DNA of 64,000 bases from Candidatus Zhuqueibacterota bacterium (lineage in GTDB: Bacteria > Zhuqueibacterota > Zhuqueibacteria > Thermofontimicrobiales > Thermofontimicrobiaceae): the NCBI GenBank assembly GCA_034506395.1, contig JAPDPQ010000002.1:52255-116254 (forward strand), read 5' to 3'. The first letter of the stretch is position 1. Each line of letters begins with the position of its first letter. Shown piece by piece: positions 18,097 to 26,870 of this stretch. The notes under the pieces were generated by a model that was not told the origin of the DNA, ran no database searches, and was given only the letters and a program-made list of their open reading frames with translations. Both the position numbers and the translations under genes were made by a program.

Positions 18097-20850
18097 ATGT
18101 ATGGCAGCAGAATTCTTATGATACTGTTATTTTGGGCTACCATAGCAGCGCCGCTATTGGCTGAAGTAACAGTGACTATTCCTGACACAACGGCGTATCC
18201 AGAAGATACTTTATTTGTTCCAATCAAATTATCCGACGTGACTGGTCTGGAAGTCTATTCCTATGAGTTTCGGATGAAATTTGATCCCAAAGTTGTTCAA
18301 TTCATCCGCGTAGACTCGACCAAAACCCTGACTGAGACGTGGGGCAAAACCTGGCTCAATACCGAATCGGTCGGGGAAATCAGGGTGGGAAATTACAACG
18401 TGACGCCCCTCCAAAATGCTGGAGTGCTGATTTATCTTGGTTTTAAGATGTTGGGCAAAATTGATGATTCGAGCCAATTTGTCGCCCAGGATTTTACCTT
18501 TAATGCGGGTCAACCAACAGTCGAACTCAAAAATGGGTCGGTGAAAATCCTGCATCCTCCTATCAGCGTTCGATTTCGGTCCAATGTGGCAGTGACCATC
18601 AAAATTCTGCTCGACAGCCATGAAAAGAAGCTGCCCTTCGATACGAGCTGGGCATATGGCTCAAGTCATACGATCGGGACAATTTCTCCGCAGTACTTCT
18701 CTTCTGATACGCGTTATAGCTTTCAAAGCTGGAGCGATGGAAAAACAATGTCTCATACCGTTAGCCCAATTTCGGACACCACTTTTACGCTGTTCATGGA
18801 TGAGGAATTCTTGCTAACGCTCCAATCGAGATATGGGACTCCGACCGGGGGAGGCTGGTACCTCCGCGGCAAAAACGCGACCTTTTCTGTCGATTCGGTG
18901 GCGCAACAAACCGATAGCACCCGCTACGTCTTTGCTCAATGGTCAGGGGTCGGAGCGAGCAGCTATAGCGGAACGCAACGCACAGTCACGATTATCATGA
19001 ACAGCCCGGTAATAGAGAGCGCCCAATGGACTCAACAGTATTATTTAGCCATTCGATCGAATATTGGAACTCCGATTGGCCAAGGATGGCATAACCAGGG
19101 CGACGCGGTTACGATATCCATCGATTCTTTGGTTACGCCCATTGCTGGCACCCGCTATATTTTCAGTTCCTGGACAGGAATCGGATCTGGCAGTTACACC
19201 GGTGCTCAGCGGAAAGTATCGGTGACCATGCTCGCACCAATCGTTCAAAAAGCCAATTGGCAAACCGAGCATTACTTGAAAATCAAATCCTCACCAGAAC
19301 AGATCGTTCAGTTCAAACAATCTGGCTGGTATGCGAAGAACAGTCTGGTATCGACCGATAAAGCGTTAGAAAGTGTAAGTTCTCCAGGAATAATTTATCG
19401 TTTCAAGCAATGGAAACTGGATCAGAAAGAGCTACCTGGGAATCCAATTCAAGTCACCATGGATACGTCGCACATAGCGGAAGCAGTCTACCAAATTGAT
19501 AGCGTTTTGGTGAATATCACCACCTCCATTGGCACGGGCAGTTTCATTACCGTGGATGGCAATCGACATCCAGTGCCATATTGGGATTGGTGGCAATTTC
19601 AGTCGAGGCATCATATCGACATCGATTCCATTCAACTGGCAGCGAATCAGAAAACGCGATACGTATTCAAATCATGGAGTGATCGAGGGGCGCGAAATCA
19701 TACTGTAGTCGCAGATACGGGGTTTCAATTAATTGCTGCTCTGGCTAGTCAGCACTTGCTCCGGATTGATACTCATCCTCCAGGGCTCATTCAATTTGCC
19801 GAAAATGGCTGGTATGATCAGGGGAGTTCGGTCAACATCCCGGCGGTTCCTTTGCAGTTCGATATCGGTCAGGAGAAGTTGAATTTTAAAGGATGGTACC
19901 TGGATCGACATTGGATCGGCGGGGAGCTCCGTCAAATTTTAATGGATCGACCCCATTCAGCCATTGCAGCTTACAAAGAGCTCCTATCAGTTAAAGGAAA
20001 AATTTTGAATCGCCGCGGTCAAATAGTGCCAAACATCAAAGTAATACTTTCTGGGGCTGCAGACGATACGGTGATCGTTGCAGATGGTGAATATGCGTTC
20101 GAAATGCTTTCTGTGGGAGTTTATCAGATTGCGCCGCAATCTGCTGGTTTTTGTTTCGAACCACCTGCGCGATCCTATCTGCCTTTATCCGAAAGCCTCT
20201 TCGAACAAAATTTTATTGCTATCGATACCTTAAAACCCCAGGTCCAGCTCATTTATCCCAATGGAGGGGAACGGCTGGTGGCAGCCTCGACTGATACCAT
20301 CAAATGGCTGGCAGCCGACAATTTTGGGATCGATTCGATCCGCATAGATTTAAGCAGCGATCATGGGCAATCCTGGTTGAATATCATCAAATTCGATAGC
20401 TCAAAATTTTCAAGCTATGCCTGGACCATTCCGAATCTTTCCAGCGATCGTTGTCTCCTTCGCATCACGGTAAAAGATTTTGACACGAATGAGGCAGAAG
20501 ACCTCAGCGATGGGATGTTTACCATCACGCCTAAATCGGCAGTGAATGATGACGGGAGCCTTGTGATACCCACAACCTTTGCGGTACACCAAAATTATCC
20601 CAATCCATTCAACAATGCAACTCAAATTCGCTTCCAACTGCCTGTTGCAGCTCAGGTTCAGATCAAAATTTTTAACACGAAGGGTCAAATGGTTGCTACC
20701 ATAGTCGATCGAAATTTTGATGCTGGGTATCATCAAATTGATTGGAATGGGAGAGATCAATTTGGTCATGAGCTGTCATCGGGTATTTATTTCTATCAGA
20801 TCCAAGCTGGGGAACAGGTTGTGATGCGCAGAATGGTATTATTACGCTGA
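18097..20850 (+). CDS. Paralog of the 12535..14970 gene. It has an N-terminal cohesin-like domain, tandem Listeria/InlB-B-type repeats, a CarboxypepD_reg-like domain, a small Ig-like beta-sandwich and a T9SS CTD.
   Basis: GAGGAT lies upstream of the ATG, and the signal peptide is 'MYGSRILMILLFWATIAAPLLAEV'. The cohesin-like segment is 'VTVTIPDTTAYPEDTLFVPIKLSDVTGLEVYSYEFRMKFDPKVVQFIRV…GVLIYLGFKMLGKIDDSSQFVAQDFTFNAGQPTVELKNGSVKI'. The repeats contain 'G.GWY..G' and 'Y.F..WS'. The CTD is 'FAVHQNYPNPFNNATQIRFQLP…IFNTKGQMV…SGIYFYQIQA'. A rho-independent terminator follows. Confidence 0.8.
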   Translation: MYGSRILMILLFWATIAAPLLAEVTVTIPDTTAYPEDTLFVPIKLSDVTGLEVYSYEFRMKFDPKVVQFIRVDSTKTLTETWGKTWLNTESVGEIRVGNYNVTPLQNAGVLIYLGFKMLGKIDDSSQFVAQDFTFNAGQPTVELKNGSVKILHPPISVRFRSNVAVTIKILLDSHEKKLPFDTSWAYGSSHTIGTISPQYFSSDTRYSFQSWSDGKTMSHTVSPISDTTFTLFMDEEFLLTLQSRYGTPTGGGWYLRGKNATFSVDSVAQQTDSTRYVFAQWSGVGASSYSGTQRTVTIIMNSPVIESAQWTQQYYLAIRSNIGTPIGQGWHNQGDAVTISIDSLVTPIAGTRYIFSSWTGIGSGSYTGAQRKVSVTMLAPIVQKANWQTEHYLKIKSSPEQIVQFKQSGWYAKNSLVSTDKALESVSSPGIIYRFKQWKLDQKELPGNPIQVTMDTSHIAEAVYQIDSVLVNITTSIGTGSFITVDGNRHPVPYWDWWQFQSRHHIDIDSIQLAANQKTRYVFKSWSDRGARNHTVVADTGFQLIAALASQHLLRIDTHPPGLIQFAENGWYDQGSSVNIPAVPLQFDIGQEKLNFKGWYLDRHWIGGELRQILMDRPHSAIAAYKELLSVKGKILNRRGQIVPNIKVILSGAADDTVIVADGEYAFEMLSVGVYQIAPQSAGFCFEPPARSYLPLSESLFEQNFIAIDTLKPQVQLIYPNGGERLVAASTDTIKWLAADNFGIDSIRIDLSSDHGQSWLNIIKFDSSKFSSYAWTIPNLSSDRCLLRITVKDFDTNEAEDLSDGMFTITPKSAVNDDGSLVIPTTFAVHQNYPNPFNNATQIRFQLPVAAQVQIKIFNTKGQMVATIVDRNFDAGYHQIDWNGRDQFGHELSSGIYFYQIQAGEQVVMRRMVLLR

Positions 20851-20936
20851 GAGATGCCCTTAATTTTTGCTGAGCAATTGAATTGCAACTTTTGATTCCT
20901 ATAGCGCAACTGCATCGATTCGAGTGAATCGGCAAA

Positions 20937-20977
20937 GAGCCGCTCTATGTAAGATATGAGCGGCTTCTTTGTTTCTA
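20937..20977 (+). terminator. Rho-independent terminator after the 18097..20850 gene.
   Basis: The stem is 'AGAGCCGCTC'…'GAGCGGCT', with a ~12-nt loop, followed by 'TCTTTGTTTCT'. Confidence 0.5.
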
Positions 20978-21276
20978 TTCACCAAATATAAAAGGGATTG
21001 AACCGCCGATTCATTAGTGGCTGCTGTACCTCATAAAAATATCAAATATGGCAATTTTCTGCTTGCCTTTTAATGAAAAAATGCTATTTTCTAAATGAAA
21101 TCACTATCGATGTTACTGCTCCGAGAAATTGTATCCTTCTTGAAATTGTTTGGACCAACTGCTGTATCATCCAGTAACTGGGGATAAAAATAATCCCATG
21201 AATCCCAAAACGAAATATGGCAGCTTTATTAATCACCCCAACGCTGCCATTCAATTTTAACTGGGAGGGCCAATCC

Positions 21277-23829
21277 ATGAAAACTATCAAACACAAGCTA
21301 ATTGGACTCGGGTTAATGATATTTGTATGCGTTCGTGCAATGGCTCAGACGGTAGAGGTATCAATCCCCGACCTGTCGGACAGCGCTGGTGCTGTGGTCA
21401 AGGTGCCAATTATGGTGAACGATGTGACTGGGTTGGGCGTGCTTTCTTATATGTGTGCCCTGACATTTGACCAGCGAGTATTAGATGCGAGAGGATATAT
21501 CATTGCTGGTACACTTTCTGACGGCTGGGCCGCGTTTTTTGCCGATAGTTTAGGGAAAGCTCGGTTGGCGGCCGCAGGAACGAACGTAGCGGTTGGCAGC
21601 GGCGTGCTGGCCTATATTCAATTCGAGGTTGTTGGTGCCCCTGGGAGCAGGACCAATCTGGTTCTGACGGATTTCGTGTTTAATGAAGGATTTCCTCAGG
21701 CAACACTTCGCAACGGTTCATTCGAAGTGAGAGCCGTGAAAAACCGTCCGCCGAAGGCCGATGCCGGGGCTGATATTCTTGGGGTTCAGGCTGCCAGTTA
21801 CGTGAAATTGGATGGTTCAAAATCATCTGATCCAGATGGCGATTCTCTGCGCTATTATTGGAGCAGCGCCAATCCTGACGTCATTATTGACACCTCGCCA
21901 GAAAATCCAGTCGCTGGTTTCCGTCCCCTGGAGATCGGTGAATACAAATTTCATTTAAAGGTAAGTGATGGTCGTGAGGAGAGCGCGCCAGATAGTGTCG
22001 TTGTCTCTGTAACGATCGAAGCGCCAGCGCCATTGGGCTATCGATTTGTGGATAACTTCGCGCAGCTCTTGGGGGCGCAGGGTGTTGTTGTGGATCCTGA
22101 AGGCAAAATATGGTCCGGCTCATATTATACAAGCCCCAGCTCTTATGTCCGGGTCTGGAATTCAGATGGAACTGTTCCCGAATGGGCGCCAGTCAAATCT
22201 GGCCGCGTCGGGAATGATGTGGTGAGCACCATGGGTAATTGCTATGGTTTAGCCATCGACAAAGAAGGGAATGTCTATTACAGCAATGCCACCGAGCATG
22301 TTGTGCTGAAGTTCGACTATCAGACTGGTGCGCCTCTGGGCGGGATTCGATTGTCCAAAGGGAGTCCCACAATGGGAGTCGACCATAACGGTTACCTTTA
22401 TGTAGGGACCGTAGTCGGCGATACCGTATGGATTTATGATAAAGATTTTCATTTGATCAATCGGGTTTATGTGGAATATATCGGCCGGGAGGTGGAGGTC
22501 GCTCCCGATGGGAGCGTCATCTATGTGGGGCAGTTCGATGGCACCGTAAGACGATTTCAGGGCAGCCCGACGACTGGCTATCACCGCATCGAAGATCTTC
22601 CTGGACCATTTACAACTGCCGATGGGCCAGGGGTGACGAGCGATATCGGATTCGATATGCATGGTCGTCTTTGGGTGACCGAAGAACATACAACCTACCC
22701 TCAGCGCGATTTCATTCACATTTACAGCCCAGATCTCAAATTTCGCGAGAGCTTTACATATTCCGATGATCATCCCTGGGATCGGCCGCGCGGGGTGGGA
22801 TTCGATCATAATTTAGGAGATTCGCTGATCTATATTGTGGATTTTGAGGCCAAAAATCCGTTCATCCAGCGCTGGGCGATCCCTGGCACCGAGCTCCCCC
22901 CAATATTTCATACCATTCGACAAGTGGCTGAGGTGGATGATAATGGATTTCCATCTTTATCGAACAAAAACGTCAAGGTTCGCGGCATCGTGACCGTGGC
23001 TGGGGAATTCGGGCCCTCTGGGCCGTCGTACCTTCAAGACGCAGCCGACAGTGCTGGCGTCGCTATCTACGATGCACGATCAATTCTGCCAGATTCTGTG
23101 AAAATAGGCGATGAAATCATGGTGGTAGGTAAAGTTGGTTTCTACAATGGGCTCACCGAAATCGATCCTGTCAAAGATTTTCGCATCCTATCGTCTGGGC
23201 ATACCATCGTACCACGAAAAATCACTTGCGCCGATTTAGCTGAACGGGTTGGCGAGCGGTTTCAATCGCAATTGGTCATTATCGAACAGGTCCATACTAA
23301 TGTGACGGTTTTTCCCAGCAACCAGAATGTCACCATTAGCGATCGGACCGGATTCGCTGTCATGAGGATCGATAAAGACACCGATATTCCTGGGGCTGAG
23401 GTTCGGGCAGACTCGTTCAGTGTGGTGGGCGTGATCACGCAATACGATCCGCAATCTCCCTACTGGGGAGGATATCAAATTATGCCGCGCTCCCGGCGCG
23501 ATTTGGCCAAAGCGACGAATATTCAAATGCTCAGCGAACAATCTGTGCCGAAGCAATTCGCTCTGTATCAAAATTATCCCAATCCATTTAATGCCCAGAC
23601 GATGATCAAATATGATCTGCCAAAAGATTGTCGCGCGACTCTGGAAATATTCAACGTACTGGGACAAAAGGTGAGAACCCTGGTTGATGGCTACCAGAAA
23701 GCCGGGACGAAAAGCGCATATTGGGACGGCCAAAATCAGAATGGTCATCGCGCCGCTGCTGGAACATACATTTATCTGCTAAGTGCTGGAGATTTTCAGC
23801 GATCGAGACGAATGATTTTGCTTCCATGA
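21277..23829 (+). CDS. T9SS cargo protein with an N-terminal cohesin-like domain, a PKD/K319-like domain, an NHL/SGL-type beta-propeller region and a T9SS CTD.
   Basis: GGGAGGG lies 7 nt upstream of the ATG at 21277, and the signal peptide is 'MKTIKHKLIGLGLMIFVCVRAMAQT'. The cohesin-like segment is 'VEVSIPDLSDSAGAVVKVPIMVNDVTGLGVLSYMCALTFDQRVLDARG…GVLAYIQFEVVGAPGSRTNLVLTDFVFNEGFPQATLRNGSFEV'. 'KADAGADILGVQAASYVKLDGSKSSDPDGDSLRYYWSS' is PKD-like. The repeated 'G.AID.EGNVYY', 'G…VGTVVGDTVWIYD', 'G.VIYVGQFDG' are propeller-like. The CTD is 'FALYQNYPNPFNAQTMIKYDLP…IFNVLGQKV…GTYIYLL'. Confidence 0.75.
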   Translation: MKTIKHKLIGLGLMIFVCVRAMAQTVEVSIPDLSDSAGAVVKVPIMVNDVTGLGVLSYMCALTFDQRVLDARGYIIAGTLSDGWAAFFADSLGKARLAAAGTNVAVGSGVLAYIQFEVVGAPGSRTNLVLTDFVFNEGFPQATLRNGSFEVRAVKNRPPKADAGADILGVQAASYVKLDGSKSSDPDGDSLRYYWSSANPDVIIDTSPENPVAGFRPLEIGEYKFHLKVSDGREESAPDSVVVSVTIEAPAPLGYRFVDNFAQLLGAQGVVVDPEGKIWSGSYYTSPSSYVRVWNSDGTVPEWAPVKSGRVGNDVVSTMGNCYGLAIDKEGNVYYSNATEHVVLKFDYQTGAPLGGIRLSKGSPTMGVDHNGYLYVGTVVGDTVWIYDKDFHLINRVYVEYIGREVEVAPDGSVIYVGQFDGTVRRFQGSPTTGYHRIEDLPGPFTTADGPGVTSDIGFDMHGRLWVTEEHTTYPQRDFIHIYSPDLKFRESFTYSDDHPWDRPRGVGFDHNLGDSLIYIVDFEAKNPFIQRWAIPGTELPPIFHTIRQVAEVDDNGFPSLSNKNVKVRGIVTVAGEFGPSGPSYLQDAADSAGVAIYDARSILPDSVKIGDEIMVVGKVGFYNGLTEIDPVKDFRILSSGHTIVPRKITCADLAERVGERFQSQLVIIEQVHTNVTVFPSNQNVTISDRTGFAVMRIDKDTDIPGAEVRADSFSVVGVITQYDPQSPYWGGYQIMPRSRRDLAKATNIQMLSEQSVPKQFALYQNYPNPFNAQTMIKYDLPKDCRATLEIFNVLGQKVRTLVDGYQKAGTKSAYWDGQNQNGHRAAAGTYIYLLSAGDFQRSRRMILLP

Positions 23830-23840
23830 TCAGAGGTCTC

Positions 23841-23877
23841 AAGCCCCATCGCCTGACCTGATGGGGCTTATTTTTCT
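23841..23877 (+). terminator. Rho-independent terminator after the 21277..23829 gene.
   Basis: 'AAGCCCCATC' – loop 'GCCTGACCT' – 'GATGGGGCTT', followed by 'ATTTTTCTC'. Confidence 0.6.
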
Positions 23878-24185
23878 CAGTGAAAAGGCTGGCTCGAAAT
23901 CTATTTCAAATAAATTGGACATCAATCCAGCCGTGCGAAGATATTTTTTCCAGCCAACACTTGGCTGAATTTCTCATCCATTTAGTTTGAGCGTGTGCCT
24001 GCTTTTGTTCTGTCTAAATTAATCGTTAAAAATTAAAATTGATTTTGAGGTTGTGGTGCGTTGAAACATTCGCTTGGTCGGAAAAGATGCAACCTCGGTT
24101 TTGAAACGGCTATAATTCATCATGATGGAGCTACATTTCCACATTTTCGCATGATGGTCCTCGGGCCAAACCTATTTTCCTCGCT

Positions 24186-24656
24186 TCAATCAAAGTAAAA
24201 GCGCATGCCGATGGCCGCATTCATATTGAAATCCGTGGCTGGAATCAATTCGAGTATCGGGACAATTTCGATGAAAAGGTCGAGCGGGGCCTTGGCGAAC
24301 TGGTAATTCAAGCCCAACGGAAAGCGGACGCCCAGCAGGCTTTCGAGCTCCAATTTAAGTCTCCCGCCGATGCCATAATAGACAGGGAGTTTCCCTTCGC
24401 TGACTTTGATCAAATGATAATCATGGAACAGAAAATCACCGTGGAGGTGAAAAGCATCTTCTCGGCCAAATGACCATGCCAATGCCCCATCCAGCGCTGT
24501 TGTCCGACCCGTCCAAAGTTTCGCCGACAAGCCCGTGGGCTCTCCCAAGATGACACCAATACCGAACACTCGTTGATTCTTTGCCCTTGCGATCAGGGGC
24601 AGAAGTGTCACAATCAGCATCAAGCAGAACGAATAAATCAACCTTCGTTTCATCAT
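24186..24656 (-). CDS. Small secreted hypothetical protein, possibly an outer-membrane beta-barrel.
   Basis: GGAGGAG lies 5 nt before ATGATG at 24656. The signal peptide is 'MMKRRLIYSFCLMLIVTLLPLIARA'. The remainder has alternating hydrophobic/aromatic beta-strand-like segments and ends in …RFYFD. It lies immediately downstream of the AttH-like gene on the same strand. Confidence 0.45.
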   Translation of the reverse strand: MMKRRLIYSFCLMLIVTLLPLIARAKNQRVFGIGVILGEPTGLSAKLWTGRTTALDGALAWSFGREDAFHLHGDFLFHDYHLIKVSEGKLPVYYGIGGRLKLELESLLGVRFPLGLNYQFAKAPLDLFIEIVPILELIPATDFNMNAAIGMRFYFD

Positions 24657-24722
24657 CGAATCTCCTCCTAATTCATTCCAATCCAATTCCGAACTCATTT
24701 TCAAAAACGAATAATGGTTTTA

Positions 24723-25928
24723 TTATCTATTCGCATTTTTCACAGTCAAGGCAATACTAGATGAGTCGTAACCAGTCAATTCCACATAACCATGGCCATT
24801 GATCTGATCTCCCGAGGCGAAGCCTTCGATTTTCACTGCACCCTCCCAATAGCGGATTGAAAGTTTCAATTCCTGATCTGCGATAAAAGGCGTGATCACC
24901 AGACCTAATTGATGCTTCGGGATTTGAAGCCGCCAGCGCGATGGATAGCGACTGCCGTGAGGACTGGTCCAATGCTCGAGCACATTCAATTGGACATCTG
25001 ATGGATTTAGCTCTTGACATATTCCGTTTTTATCGATCCAACTGCCACGGCTGAAGGGTCTAATAGATTCGTCTCGATTTCTAATCTGGTAATACATCAC
25101 CTCGCGTCCGTCGGATAATTGGAGGGCGAACCAATCCCATCCTACTTGATCTGGCCCCAAGGCGCTAGTGCTCCACTCCCGATCGAGCCATGCCTCGCCC
25201 GTCACCTCAAAAAGCTGGCCTTTGACCCGAATTTGCCCGTCGGCCGACATCCGCGGGAGCGAATAATAGTAAGAGGCATTTCCTGGTTCAATTCCCTTGG
25301 GGCTCAAGCCTCGATCCCCATGTAACGCGACTGGCTTAAGGATGCTGAGCTCTAACTCGAGGGCAACAACCGCTTCAGCCGCCTGAATCTTCATGGTTGG
25401 AAAAGCGATCAGGCTATCCACTTCAATCGCACTCACGTACCAATCTTCGACCCAAACCTTAAAGGGTATTCCCTGAGCACCGGCCAAGCGATTTGCACCG
25501 CGACTGAACCGTTCAAAGGCATAGAATTTTTTCTCTGCCACATCGGTAATGGCAAAATGGGCCATGTAGATCTGATTGGTTGCCCAGGCAGAAGGGCGCG
25601 ATGGGGACTTCGGCGCAATAGCGAAACGGAATATGGTGAATTGAAAGCCAAAATGTCGACCATTGATCGCTGTCAAATTTCCAGTATAGTACCACCATTC
25701 AGTTTGAAATTCAGGATGCGGTCCATGGTCTTGGGGAAAAATGAACGGCCGTGGTGCAAACGCTTGCGCATAGCCATCGGAATTCGGACGAGACATGAGA
25801 TCAGTAACCAACAGCCCAGATTGGCCGTGCTGCAATTTCGCCTGCTTCTGGAAGATTAAGAAACTAACGATTGCTACTGCAACGGTTCCAACGAAAATCG
25901 AGATCAGCCTTATCATAAATCGTATCAA
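24723..25928 (-). CDS. AttH/CrtC-family lipocalin-like predicted secreted hydrolase (hydroxyneurosporene-synthase-like N-terminal domain).
   Basis: It has an N-terminal membrane-anchor/signal segment. It carries the family hallmark 'FPQDHGPHPEFQTEWWYYTGNL…GFQFTIFR'. Genomic context with an ABC ATPase and FtsX permease upstream mirrors the Agrobacterium attEFGH arrangement. Confidence 0.65.
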   Translation of the reverse strand: MIRFMIRLISIFVGTVAVAIVSFLIFQKQAKLQHGQSGLLVTDLMSRPNSDGYAQAFAPRPFIFPQDHGPHPEFQTEWWYYTGNLTAINGRHFGFQFTIFRFAIAPKSPSRPSAWATNQIYMAHFAITDVAEKKFYAFERFSRGANRLAGAQGIPFKVWVEDWYVSAIEVDSLIAFPTMKIQAAEAVVALELELSILKPVALHGDRGLSPKGIEPGNASYYYSLPRMSADGQIRVKGQLFEVTGEAWLDREWSTSALGPDQVGWDWFALQLSDGREVMYYQIRNRDESIRPFSRGSWIDKNGICQELNPSDVQLNVLEHWTSPHGSRYPSRWRLQIPKHQLGLVITPFIADQELKLSIRYWEGAVKIEGFASGDQINGHGYVELTGYDSSSIALTVKNANR

Positions 25929-26870
25929 TAGATGCTTGTCAACAAAATATGCTTCGTTCAGTTTCTGCAGATGAGGATAGCCTATTTTACCACTTGAATT
26001 ACCACCCGTTCCAGGTTCAAGCTTATCATCATATCAAATTCGGATGAAAAAAATCACTTCGATTTTGTCCTATTTGAGCTATTCCCAAAGCGATTTGAGC
26101 AGAGAAAATCATCTAAAAATCTAACAAAGTGCAAAAACAGTTTGGATCAAGCCTAATTTGTCAGATGCATATTTTTTTCAAACGCATTTTAATTTATACC
26201 ATTTCGTCAAATTATCTTCATTCACCTTACGTGTCATTTCGAGCAGAGCGAGAAATTTGTTTATTCCGAATCTATTTACCCATGGAGATTCCTCAGTTCG
26301 CTTCGCTCCATTCAAAATGAGACATCGTTTTCTAATCTGACTGAGTAGTATTAGCTAATGCTACAAAATGCGAAATTCACCCAAATTGTCTCATTCTTCC
26401 GAATGCAGGAGCCCTAAATCAAATAAAGCCGAAGATTCCTGTCCACCAGCCTGACTTTCGCGTCAACTGAAGGGAAGGAATCGGGAAAGATTATCCTGGC
26501 TAGCATCAGCCCGCTGGTCATTAGAATCAACTTCAGCTCAAAAAATGTTAAAACCGTTAAAACGGATTTAGCGATACAAGTTTGTTATTAATGATCGAAA
26601 TCATTTGGGCGTTTATGACAAATTAACTATAGTTGCTGATCGCTTCAGCAGTGTTTGAAAAAATATCCTATGCAGATGCCAAATAGCCAGTTGGCGGATC
26701 GATCAGAATGACATGGCGCTCTTAATAGCGATTATGGCGAGCTGGCAAACGGCACGAAAAGATCTCCTATTTTTGACATTTTGCAAAAAGAACGAGTTCT
26801 CTGATTCAAGTGCTTTCATCAATGTGAATTCATTAACCAATCGCTCTCACGAAGTACTTTGATTATTGTC

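Noticed and set aside
22249-23748. 186-aa and 170-aa minus-strand ORFs inside the NHL-propeller cargo gene.
   Set aside because: They are antisense to a well-supported CDS, have no motifs, and are typical shadow ORFs.
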